A stretch of 42,498 nt of DNA from the NCBI GenBank assembly GCA_036732805.1, contig DAINBS010000001.1, positions 1 through 42,498 on the forward strand, written 5' to 3'. The DNA is from Gemmatimonadales bacterium (GTDB lineage: Bacteria; Gemmatimonadota; Gemmatimonadetes; Gemmatimonadales; GWC2-71-9). Shown one piece after another: positions 8,490-16,736 of this stretch. The notes beneath the pieces were generated by a model. It was not told the origin of the DNA. It did not search any database and saw only the letters and a list, made by a program, of their open reading frames with translations. Position numbers and translations under genes: made by a program. Numbering within the stretch: the stretch's first letter is position 1; every line of letters starts with the position of its first letter.

Positions 8490-9748
8490 CGCTCCGCTCC
8501 CCGTGTTTCGAAGAAGGCCACCAGATCCGCCACCTGTTCGGGTGAAAGGGACTGTCGCCGGGCCTGAATCGTCGTCGCAGGCAGCCTGATGTGGTTCCAC
8601 AAGGCTGCGATCACCGCGGCTCGCGTCCCAACGTGCGGCATGCGATCGAGAGCCCCCCCCGGACCCGTTCCGCGCCCCTGGATCGTGTGGCACCCGGTGC
8701 ACCCGCCCGCCCGCGCAGCCTCCACCCCGCGTGCGGCACCGCCTGTCCCGCTGAGATACCGGAGGGTACCGAGGTACGCCGTGAGATCCGCCATCTCCTC
8801 GCCGCGCAGCCGCGGCACGGCGACATCCGCCGCGCGCATGGCGGCCATCATCCGTGGGCTCTTGTTCCACATCGCGGCTGCGAATGCCATGGGGTCCCGC
8901 TCCGCGGCCGCCAGGAGGTTGGGCGCGGCCTGGCCGGCGCCCCCCTGATGGCACCGGACGCATCCACGCTCTTGAAACAGCGCCCGGCCAGACTCGGGAT
9001 CTCCGGACAGCACGTTCACACGCGCCTGCGCCAACCCGGGGACGCCTGCCCCGAAATACGCCACCAGGTGCCGGATGTCGGTGCCGCTCAGCACCGGCCG
9101 GGCAACCCCACGGGCCAGCATCTCCTCGCTCATGGCGCCGGCGTGGTTCCACAGAGCCGCGGCCAGGTCGATCGCGGCGAGCCGGGAGGCCGCTCCGTCG
9201 AGCGCCGGACCCAGAACGCCACCCACGTTCTCCACCTGGTGGCAGACGATGCACCCACGTTCGGCAAAGAGCCGCCGCCCCGTCGCGGGATCCCCCGCCG
9301 GAGTCGCGGACGCAGCCCAGAACAGGAACGCCAGCAGATCCGCCGCCTCCCACGATTCCAGCCGAGGGGGTGTGGCACCGGTCGCGGCGAACCGGGCCGC
9401 CATCTGCGGCAGGTGGCTCCACATCGCCGCCGCGATGTCGAACTGGGACCGGCTTCCCAGTTTCGCAAAGTCCGGTCCGATCGTTCCGCCGATGCCGCTG
9501 ACGGCATGACACTCGCCACACCCCTTGGCGCCGTACACTCGGGATCCTGCCGAGATACTCTGCGCCGGGGTCGGCGTGGCCTGAGCCGCGAGATGCGCGG
9601 TACCTGGAACCGCGCCCAGGCACGCGGCAAGCACGAGCACGCCCACGGGCGGCACGGAGTGGCGACCGCGAGCGGTGCCGTTGGGCTGGGGATCGAAGCG
9701 CATCGGTGACGAAGCCGGAAAAGACTCCGCGAAGATGCGGCCCGGCAC
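8486..9748 (-). CDS. secreted cytochrome c made of four tandem monohaem class-I domains
   Basis: CGECH, CIVCH, CVRCH and CTGCH are each followed by a conserved AA(M/L)W(N/S)(H/K) segment. Signal-like VLVLAACLGAVPGTAHLAAQA. The TGA stop overlaps the downstream ATG (ATGA at 8486-8489). The start could be 9748 or 9703 (MRFDP). Confidence 0.85.
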   Translation of the reverse strand: MPGRIFAESFPASSPMRFDPQPNGTARGRHSVPPVGVLVLAACLGAVPGTAHLAAQATPTPAQSISAGSRVYGAKGCGECHAVSGIGGTIGPDFAKLGSRSQFDIAAAMWSHLPQMAARFAATGATPPRLESWEAADLLAFLFWAASATPAGDPATGRRLFAERGCIVCHQVENVGGVLGPALDGAASRLAAIDLAAALWNHAGAMSEEMLARGVARPVLSGTDIRHLVAYFGAGVPGLAQARVNVLSGDPESGRALFQERGCVRCHQGGAGQAAPNLLAAAERDPMAFAAAMWNKSPRMMAAMRAADVAVPRLRGEEMADLTAYLGTLRYLSGTGGAARGVEAARAGGCTGCHTIQGRGTGPGGALDRMPHVGTRAAVIAALWNHIRLPATTIQARRQSLSPEQVADLVAFFETRGAER

Positions 9749-9889
9749 AGTGCGAGGTCAACAGGGAGCACGCTGCGCGTCTTCTGAAGACCCCTTCATG
9801 AAGGGCCGCGACACCGGTCGCCCGACGTGGGCTGGCGCGATAGGTTCCAGCGTCTGCTTTCGCTGCTCCCTACAGCACGAGGACGTCCG

Positions 9890-11053
9890 ATGATCGAAGC
9901 GCTCTACACGCCGATGCAGATCGACCTCCAGCGGCGGGCCCGCGAGCTGGCCGAGACGGTGATGCGCCCCGTCGCCGCCAAGCATGACGCCGAGCAGACG
10001 TTCCCGTGGGAGGTGCAGCGCGCCATCAAGGAGGCCGGGCTCTCCGGGGTCTGGGTCCCGAAGGAATTCGGCGGGATGGGCGGCGGCGTCCTCGACCTCT
10101 GCGTGGTGGTGGAGGAGTTCTCCCGCGCGTGCGGGGGCATGGGCGTGGGCTACGCCGTCAACGCCCTCGGGTCGTTCCCGATCATCCTGGGCGGCACGAA
10201 GGAGCAGCAGGAGCGCTGGCTCCCCGGCATTGCGGCCGGCGACAAGCTGATCTCCTTCGGACTGTCGGAAAAGGAATCCGGCTCGGACGCGGGCTCCATG
10301 ACCACCCGGGCGGAGAAGAGCGGCGACGGCTACCTGCTGAACGGCGAGAAGAAATGGAACACCGGAGGCGCGGTGGCCTCCTACAACACGATCTTCGCGG
10401 TGACCGAGCCTGGCCGCGGCGCCCGCGGCATCTCCGCGTTCGTGGTGGAGAAGGACACGCCGGGATACCGGGTGGGCAAGCACGAAGACAAGATGGGGAT
10501 CCGCTGCGTCCCGGTGGTGGAGATCCACCTCGAGAACTGCCGGGTGCCGGCCGCCAACCTGCTCGGCGGGCAGGAGGGGCATGGGTTCAAGCACGCGATG
10601 CTCACCCTCGACCGCGCCCGCCCCGGCGTGGCCGCGCAGGCTGTGGGGCTCGCGCAGGGGGCGCTCGACCTCACCATGCAGTACACGCACGACCGCCAGC
10701 AGTTCGGCCAGTCGGTCAGCTCGTTCCAGGGCGTCCAGTGGATGCTGGCCGACATGGCGACGCAGGTCGAGGCGGCGCGCCAGCTCGTGCATCACGCGGC
10801 GCGCGTGATCGACAGCGGCCACAAGCACATCACCAAGGTGTCCGCGATGTGCAAGCTGATGGCCACCGACGTCGCGATGCGGGTCACCACCGACTGCGTG
10901 CAGCTGTTCGGCGGCTACGGCTACTGCAAGGACTTCCCGATCGAGAAGTACATGCGCGACGCCAAGATCACGCAGATCTACGAGGGCACGAACCAGATCC
11001 AGCGGCTCGTGATCGCGCGGAACCTGCTGAAGGAGGCCGCGGGGGGAAACTGA
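9890..11053 (+). CDS. acyl-CoA dehydrogenase (short/branched-chain type)
   Basis: ATG 9890 is preceded by GAGGA. C-terminal YEGTNQIQRLVIARNLL plus the GLSEKESGSDAG and FGG.GY patterns are typical of the ACAD family. Confidence 0.9.
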   Translation: MIEALYTPMQIDLQRRARELAETVMRPVAAKHDAEQTFPWEVQRAIKEAGLSGVWVPKEFGGMGGGVLDLCVVVEEFSRACGGMGVGYAVNALGSFPIILGGTKEQQERWLPGIAAGDKLISFGLSEKESGSDAGSMTTRAEKSGDGYLLNGEKKWNTGGAVASYNTIFAVTEPGRGARGISAFVVEKDTPGYRVGKHEDKMGIRCVPVVEIHLENCRVPAANLLGGQEGHGFKHAMLTLDRARPGVAAQAVGLAQGALDLTMQYTHDRQQFGQSVSSFQGVQWMLADMATQVEAARQLVHHAARVIDSGHKHITKVSAMCKLMATDVAMRVTTDCVQLFGGYGYCKDFPIEKYMRDAKITQIYEGTNQIQRLVIARNLLKEAAGGN

Positions 11054-12162
11054 TGCCGCGTCCCTCTGATGCCCCTCCGCCGCTCCTGACTCCGCAGGAT
11101 TTGGAGGTCTTCCCGGTCGAGCGCGCGGAGACCAATCCCGCCCGCTGGTACCACGATCCCGCGTTCCTGACGCTCGAGCGCGACGCGGTGTTCGGGCGCA
11201 CCTGGCAGCACGTGGCGCACGCGAGCCAGCTGCGCGAGCCGGGCGACCACGTGACCGCGACCGTGGCGGGCAAGCCGGTGATCGTGGTGCGCGCCGGTGG
11301 CGGGGGCCTGCACGGCTTCTATAACGTGTGCCGGCATCGCGGCGGTCCGCTCGCGCTCAGGGACGGCCACGCGGACGTGCTCAAGTGCCGCTACCATGGC
11401 TGGACCTACCGGCTCGACGGCATGCTGCGCGGCGTGCCGCACTTCAACCGGACCGAGCTGTTCGACAAGCGGGACTACGGACTCGTCCCCGTCCGCGCGG
11501 CCGTGTGGCAGGGCCTCGTGTTCGTCCGCCTCGACGACGGGCCGGAACCGGTCGAGACGTTCCTGACGGGCGTCGCCGATCGTCTGGGCCCCACCCGCCT
11601 CGATGCGCTGCGCTTCACCGGCCGGGTGGATTACGAGGCGCGGTGCAACTGGAAGGTGTACGTGGACAACTACCTGGAGGGCTATCACGTCCCCCACGTC
11701 CACCCGGAGCTGTACAGCCTGTACGACTTCCAGGCATACCGCACGGAGATCCACGACTGGTACTCGCTCCAGGTGGGACCGCTGTCCGGGAAGGACACGC
11801 CGTACGGCGTGTCGCAGGGGGAGGCGCTCTACTACTTCGTCTTTCCCAACATGATGCTCAACATCCTGCCCGGCCGGCTCCAGTCCAATGTCGTGGTGCC
11901 GCTCGGCCCCGATCGCTGCCGGATCGAGTTTCGCTACTGCTACGCCGACACGGACTCGGACGCGGCGCGAAGGGTGATCGACGATGACGCCCGGTTCTCC
12001 GACGCCGTGCAGGCCGAGGACATCGAGATCTGCGAGCGGGTGCAGGAGGGCCTCGAGTCCGGGATCTATGACCGCGGGCGCTTCTCCGCGGACATGGAAA
12101 CCGGCGTGCACCACTTCCAGTCCCTGCTCAGGCAGGCGTTCCGCCGGCATCTCTTCCCGTGA
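11053..12162 (+). CDS. Rieske non-haem iron oxygenase, alpha-subunit type (choline/carnitine/betaine monooxygenase-like)
   Basis: ATG 11053 overlaps the ACAD stop (TGATG). Rieske box CRHRG..x..CRYHGW. Mononuclear-iron motif NYLEGYHVPHVHPEL. Confidence 0.85.
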   Translation: MPRPSDAPPPLLTPQDLEVFPVERAETNPARWYHDPAFLTLERDAVFGRTWQHVAHASQLREPGDHVTATVAGKPVIVVRAGGGGLHGFYNVCRHRGGPLALRDGHADVLKCRYHGWTYRLDGMLRGVPHFNRTELFDKRDYGLVPVRAAVWQGLVFVRLDDGPEPVETFLTGVADRLGPTRLDALRFTGRVDYEARCNWKVYVDNYLEGYHVPHVHPELYSLYDFQAYRTEIHDWYSLQVGPLSGKDTPYGVSQGEALYYFVFPNMMLNILPGRLQSNVVVPLGPDRCRIEFRYCYADTDSDAARRVIDDDARFSDAVQAEDIEICERVQEGLESGIYDRGRFSADMETGVHHFQSLLRQAFRRHLFP

Positions 12163-12965
12163 GCACCGAACCGTCCGGACACGGGACGCGCCCGATCGTC
12201 GCGATCGTCCGCCCGCCGAGCGACGCCCTGGCCCGGTGCGAGTTGACGCACCTGACCCGCGAGCCCATCGATCTGGCGCGCGCCCGGGCGCAGCACGCCG
12301 CGTACGCCGCCCTGCTTCGGGACCTCGGCGCCCGCGTCCTCGCGCTGCATCCCGCGCCCGACCTGCCCGATGCCGTGTTCGTGGAGGACGTCGCCGTCGT
12401 GCTCGACGAGGTGGCGGTGATGACCATTCCCGGCGCCCGGAGCCGGGAGCCGGAAGTGAAGACGGTCGCCGCCGCGTTGTCTCCGTTCCGCGCGCTCGCG
12501 TGGCTGACTCCGCCGGCGACGCTCGACGGCGGCGACGTCCTGCGGGTCGGGCGCACCCTGTACGTGGGGCGGTCCTCCCGGACCAACGCCGCGGGCGTCG
12601 AACAACTGGCAGGCCACGTGGCGCCCTTCGGCTGCACGGTGCGCCCGGTGCGGGTCACGGGCTGCCTGCACCTCAAGTCGGCGTGCTCCCACCTGGGACG
12701 CGGCGTGCTGCTCGCGAATCCGGACTGGATCGAGCCCGCGGCGTTCACCGGCCTCGACGTCCTCTCGGTGGACCCGGCGGAGCCACGCGGAGCCAACACG
12801 CTCCGCGTGGGGGACACGGTCGTCATGGCGGACGGATTCCCCAGGACCCGCGCGCGCATCGAGCAGCGCGGGTTCGTGGTGCGCGTCGTGTCGCTCACGG
12901 AACTCCAGAAGGCCGAGGCGGGAGGGAGCTGCATGAGTCTGATCTTCCCGAGCTGGAGCACGTGA
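12159..12965 (+). CDS. dimethylarginine dimethylaminohydrolase-like enzyme (pentein/amidinotransferase superfamily)
   Basis: GTG start overlaps the upstream stop (GTGA 12159-12162). The 268-aa size, DAVFVEDVAVV, GGDVLRVG, CLHLKS and the C-terminal catalytic-Cys context GGSCMSL fit DDAH. Confidence 0.75.
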   Translation: MSTEPSGHGTRPIVAIVRPPSDALARCELTHLTREPIDLARARAQHAAYAALLRDLGARVLALHPAPDLPDAVFVEDVAVVLDEVAVMTIPGARSREPEVKTVAAALSPFRALAWLTPPATLDGGDVLRVGRTLYVGRSSRTNAAGVEQLAGHVAPFGCTVRPVRVTGCLHLKSACSHLGRGVLLANPDWIEPAAFTGLDVLSVDPAEPRGANTLRVGDTVVMADGFPRTRARIEQRGFVVRVVSLTELQKAEAGGSCMSLIFPSWST

Positions 12966-13020
12966 AACGGGAAACGAACTACAAGCTGGTCGTTTCACGC
13001 CTCACGTTTCACGCTTCACG
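12961..13020 (+). terminator. hairpin with reiterated arms after the DDAH-like gene
   Basis: CGTGAAACG (12961-12969) is complementary to CGTTTCACG at 12991-12999 and again at 13005-13013. An inner stem is GAAACGA (12971-12977)/TCGTTTC (12990-12996). No T-run. Confidence 0.45.
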
Positions 13021-13054
13021 GATCTGCTTCACCCTGCCTTCCCCCGGAGGCCCC

Positions 13055-14671
13055 ATGCTCCGCGCCGCGCTGCTCCTCACCCTCCCCACGCTCCTCGTCG
13101 CCCAGCAACCCGACATCTCCCGTCTCGCCGACAGCGTGTTCCGCGACCGGAACACGACGCATGCGCCCGGGTGTGCCGTGGGCGTCGCCCGTGGCGGGAA
13201 GGTCCTGCTCACACGCGGCTACGGGATGGCCAATCTCGAGGCGGGCGTGGCGAACACCGCCGAGACGATCTTCGAGTCCGGATCGGTGGCCAAGCAGTTC
13301 ACGGCCGCGGCCACGATGATGCTGGTGGTGGACGGCAAGCTGAGCCTCGACGACCCGGCGCGGAAGTACGTGCCAGAGCTGCCCGAATTCGACCGCCCGA
13401 TCACCATCCGCCACCTGCTCACGCACACGAGCGGGCTCCGGGAGTGGAGCGCGCTCGTACAGGCCCAGGGATGGCCCCGCGGCAGCCGGCGCCACACCCA
13501 GGCCGACCTGCTGGACGTGGTCACCCGCCAGCGCGCGCTCAACTACCCGGTGGGCGACTACTACTCGTACACCAACTCGGGATACGGCCTGCTGCACGCG
13601 ATCGTGGAGCGCGTGAGCGGCATGTCGTTCGACGCATTCTCGCAGGAGCGCCTGTTCCGGCCCCTTGGCATGACCCGCACAGCCTGGCGGGACGACTTCA
13701 CCGAAGTCGTCCCGGAGCGCGCCCAGGCGTACGCGTCCGACCGCGACGGCTGGCACCTGAACATGCCGTTCGAGGACGTCGTCGGCCCGGGCGGGCTGCT
13801 CACGACGGTGAGCGACCTGCTGCGCTGGAACGAGGCGCTCACGAACCGGACCCTGGGCGCCGCGGTGGTGGACTCGATGAGCCGGCGCATGCGGCTCACC
13901 AACGGAAGGGAGATCGAGTACGCCCTTGGCCTGTTCTTCACGACCTACCGCGGCATCCCCGAGGTCTCCCACAGTGGGTCCACCGCGGGCTACCAGACGT
14001 TCCTCGCCCGCTATCCGGACCGGGACAACCTGTCGGTGGCGGTGCTGTGCAACGCCGCGAACACCAACCCTTCGGCGTACGCGCATGCGCTGGTGGATGC
14101 CCTCGTGACGAGCTTCCCGCCGGCACCCGTGCTCGACACCACGGCCGTGGACTCGGCGGCGTTCGCGGGGTATCTGGGGGTGTATCGGAACGCGCGGTTC
14201 GGCGGCCCGCTGATCGTCACGGCACAGATGCGCGACCGGTTCCGCGGCCTGCCCGACGGATCGTTCTGGAACCGCGGTGGCCCGCGCTGGCTGTTCGACA
14301 CCGGGCCGGACGGCATGCCCGCGGGGATCCGGATTCTCATGGCGGACGGCGATACCGTGAGGTACACGTTCGCCGGCCGCGAGCGGTGGAGGCCCACGTC
14401 GCAGCAGTTGGCGGCGTTCGCCGGCCGGTATCGCAGCGAGGAGTTGGGGATGACCTATGAAACGGCGGTGGTGAGCGACACCCTCACCGTCACCGTGCGC
14501 CCGGGCCAGACCATCCCGATGGTGCCCACCTATGCGGACGGGTTCGAGGCGGGCCCGACTTCCGTGTGGTTCACGCGCGACCGACGCGGGCGCGTCACCG
14601 CCATGCACGTTGGACAGGGGCGCCTGTGGGATCTGGTGGCGCCGCGCGTGCCCCAGGCATCGAGGCAATAG
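13055..14671 (+). CDS. secreted serine hydrolase of the beta-lactamase/PBP (class C-like) family with an extra C-terminal domain
   Basis: ATG 13055 follows GGAGG. Signal peptide MLRAALLLTLPTLLVAQQ. SxxK motif SGSVAKQF and YxN motif YSYTNSGY. The N-terminal 357 aa of track ORF 11984..14671 are read-through. Confidence 0.85.
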   Translation: MLRAALLLTLPTLLVAQQPDISRLADSVFRDRNTTHAPGCAVGVARGGKVLLTRGYGMANLEAGVANTAETIFESGSVAKQFTAAATMMLVVDGKLSLDDPARKYVPELPEFDRPITIRHLLTHTSGLREWSALVQAQGWPRGSRRHTQADLLDVVTRQRALNYPVGDYYSYTNSGYGLLHAIVERVSGMSFDAFSQERLFRPLGMTRTAWRDDFTEVVPERAQAYASDRDGWHLNMPFEDVVGPGGLLTTVSDLLRWNEALTNRTLGAAVVDSMSRRMRLTNGREIEYALGLFFTTYRGIPEVSHSGSTAGYQTFLARYPDRDNLSVAVLCNAANTNPSAYAHALVDALVTSFPPAPVLDTTAVDSAAFAGYLGVYRNARFGGPLIVTAQMRDRFRGLPDGSFWNRGGPRWLFDTGPDGMPAGIRILMADGDTVRYTFAGRERWRPTSQQLAAFAGRYRSEELGMTYETAVVSDTLTVTVRPGQTIPMVPTYADGFEAGPTSVWFTRDRRGRVTAMHVGQGRLWDLVAPRVPQASRQ

Positions 14672-14744
14672 ACCAAGGCCACCAACCCAACCAACCAGTT
14701 CCGGCCGTCTCGCTCGCGGGGGCGGCCATCCCCTATTGTGCCTC

Positions 14745-14773
14745 TTGACGATTATCGTTATAACGACTATTAT
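14745..14773 (+). promoter_or_regulatory. sigma70-type promoter (TTGACG-17 nt-TATTAT) with an embedded 12-bp palindromic operator
   Basis: TTGACG 14745-14750, a 17-nt spacer and TATTAT 14768-14773. The perfect palindrome TCGTTATAACGA lies at 14755-14766. This is the most AT-rich stretch locally. The ATG at 14779 is only 6 nt past the -10 box. Confidence 0.55.
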
Positions 14774-14778
14774 TGGCC

Positions 14779-15309
14779 ATGCGCTCGATACTCCAGCAGG
14801 CTCTGCGGCAGGAGAAGCCGTTCCCGTCACTTGAGGCAGAAGTCTTTGTGGCGCTTCAGGTTGCGGCGAGTCGCGCCCTCGACCCATGGGCCCGCTTCCT
14901 CCGCCAGGAGGCTGGGCTCACCCCCAACCAGTACAACGTCCTCCGAATCCTGCGCGGCGCGAGTCCGGCCGGGCTCACCTGCGGCCAGATCGCCGAGCGC
15001 ATGATCACCCGGGATCCGGACGTCACCCGGCTCACCGATCGGCTCGTACGCGACGGCTTCGCCCAGCGGGTACGCGCCGAGAGCGACCGGCGGGTTGTCG
15101 AAGTGAGCATCACGCGGGCGGGTCTCGACCTGCTCGCCAGGCTCGACCGCAACACAGCCGCCGATCTGCTCGGGAGCCTTGGTGACACCAAACTTGGCAC
15201 GCTCCGGGACCTCCTCGCCGACGTGATCGTCGCGGTGAGCGACCGGACCCTGGCCAAGAGCGACACCTCACGACGCAAGCACACCTCAGCTCATGGAGCG
15301 GCATCATGA
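14779..15309 (+). CDS. MarR-family transcriptional regulator
   Basis: Winged-helix pattern LTPNQYNVLRIL....LTCGQIAERMITRDPDVTRLTDRLVRDGF..R.....DRR. ATG 14779 is preferred over the track TTG 14773. Confidence 0.88.
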   Translation: MRSILQQALRQEKPFPSLEAEVFVALQVAASRALDPWARFLRQEAGLTPNQYNVLRILRGASPAGLTCGQIAERMITRDPDVTRLTDRLVRDGFAQRVRAESDRRVVEVSITRAGLDLLARLDRNTAADLLGSLGDTKLGTLRDLLADVIVAVSDRTLAKSDTSRRKHTSAHGAAS

Positions 15310-16166
15310 ACATCGGCAAGGATCTCATCGTCGTTACCGGCGCGACCGGCCAGCAGGGCGGCGCCACCGCCCGGGAGCTGCTCGCCGCCGGCCATCGCGT
15401 GCGCGCGGTGACCAGGAAGCCCGACGGCGACGCCGCGAAGGCCCTCGCCAAGCTCGGCGCCGAAGTCGTGCGGGGTGATCTCGACGACGCCGCATCGATC
15501 AAGCAGGCCTTCGCCGGAGCGTGGGGCCTGTACGCGGTGCAGAACACGTGGGAGGCCGGAGTACAGAAGGAAGAGGAGCAGGGCCTGCGGGTGGCCGAAG
15601 TGGCCAGGCCGGCCGGCATTCAGCACTTCGTCTACGCGTCCGTGGCCTCGGCGCACCGGAAGACGGGCATCCCTCACTTCGACAACAAGGCCCGCGTCGA
15701 GGCGAAGATCCGCGCGCTCACGTTCCCCTCGTACGCGATCGTGCGACCGGTGTTCTTCATGGAGAACTGGCTGTCGCCGTGGTTCAAGCCGGGAATCGAC
15801 AAGGGGACGCTCGCGATCGGCCTCAAGCCCACCACGAAGCTCCAGATGGTCGCCGTCGCCGACATCGGCAAGTACGGCAAGCTCGCCTTCGAGAAGCACG
15901 CGGAGTTGAACGGGCGCGCCGTCGACATCGCCGGCGACGAGCTGACCATGCCGCAGACGGCGGAGATCATCGGCCGGGCGGCCGGGCGGCCGGTCACGTT
16001 CGTGCAGGTGCCGATCGGCGAGGTCCGGAAGGCCAGCGCGGAGTACGCCATCATGCTCGAGTGGTTCGAGACCACGGGGTACGACGTCGACATCGCCGGC
16101 AACGCGAAGGCATTCGGGATCCGGCCTACCGCGTTCGCGGAGTGGGCGAGGTCGGTGAAGTGGTAA
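15306..16166 (+). CDS. NmrA-family NAD(P)-binding oxidoreductase
   Basis: N-terminal Rossmann motif IVVTGATGQQGGA. Overall NmrA-like pattern and 286-aa length. ATGA overlap with the MarR stop. Confidence 0.85.
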   Translation: MNIGKDLIVVTGATGQQGGATARELLAAGHRVRAVTRKPDGDAAKALAKLGAEVVRGDLDDAASIKQAFAGAWGLYAVQNTWEAGVQKEEEQGLRVAEVARPAGIQHFVYASVASAHRKTGIPHFDNKARVEAKIRALTFPSYAIVRPVFFMENWLSPWFKPGIDKGTLAIGLKPTTKLQMVAVADIGKYGKLAFEKHAELNGRAVDIAGDELTMPQTAEIIGRAAGRPVTFVQVPIGEVRKASAEYAIMLEWFETTGYDVDIAGNAKAFGIRPTAFAEWARSVKW

Positions 16167-16630
16167 TCGACCCCGACGTCACGATCGGCCACGTGCATCT
16201 CAAGGTGGCCGATCTCGACCGCGCGCTCGGCTTCTACCGCGACGTGCTGGGGTTCGAGGTCACGCAGCTCTATCCCGGCGCCGCGTTCCTGTCGGCGGGT
16301 GGCTACCACCACCACATCGGGCTGAACACGTGGGAAAGCCGGGGCGGGCAGCCGCCCGCGCCCGGCACCACGGGCCTCTACCACGTGGCCATCCGCTATC
16401 CTACGCGCGCCGCACTCGCCGACGCGCTCCGCCGGCTCGAGGCCGCGGGCATCAGGCTCGACGGCGCCTCGGACCACGGGGTGAGCGAGGCGCTCTACCT
16501 GAGGGATCCGGGCCAGAACGGCATCGAGCTGTATTGGGACCGGACAAAGGAGGAGTGGCCGCGCACTGCTGACGGTGCGCTGGCAATGGTGACGCGGCCA
16601 TTGGACCTGCAAGGGCTCCTCGGGACGTGA
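16160..16630 (+). CDS. VOC (glyoxalase/bleomycin-resistance/extradiol dioxygenase) family protein
   Basis: IGHVHLKVADLDRALGFYRDVLGF, GGYHHHIGLNTW and ALYLRDPGQNGIELYWD are typical VOC-family patterns. There is no ATG; GTG 16160 (after GAGGT) or GTG 16142 are the candidate starts. Confidence 0.8.
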   Translation: MVIDPDVTIGHVHLKVADLDRALGFYRDVLGFEVTQLYPGAAFLSAGGYHHHIGLNTWESRGGQPPAPGTTGLYHVAIRYPTRAALADALRRLEAAGIRLDGASDHGVSEALYLRDPGQNGIELYWDRTKEEWPRTADGALAMVTRPLDLQGLLGT

Positions 16631-16636
16631 AACCAC

Positions 16637-16732
16637 AGAGCAGAGGGGCAGCGAGAAGATCAGGCTAGTCTCTGCCCCTCTGCTCTTTCTCTGCCCCTCT
16701 GCCCCTCTGCTCTCTTTCTGCCCCTCTTCTCT
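16637..16732. repeat. bidirectional terminator hairpin plus tandem reiteration of its 3' arm
   Basis: AGAGCAGAGGGGCAG (16637-16651) pairs perfectly with CTGCCCCTCTGCTCT (16672-16686) across a 20-nt loop. The arm recurs at 16699-16713 (exact), 16718-16732 (1 mismatch) and as a partial copy at 16691-16698. Confidence 0.75.
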
Positions 16733-16736
16733 CTGT

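Noticed and set aside
7212-9761. 849-aa ORF that would make one giant cytochrome
   Set aside because: Only the C-terminal 425 aa (from ATG 8489, with a signal peptide) carry CXXCH motifs. The N-terminal half is Arg/Gly/Pro-rich out-of-frame translation of the four-domain cytochrome c gene, which is coded in another frame (8486..9748).
16061-16070. GGTTCGAG T-loop-like string suggesting a tRNA
   Set aside because: It lies inside the NmrA-family CDS and has no acceptor or anticodon stem context. I found no tRNA, rRNA or tmRNA-like structure anywhere in the window.
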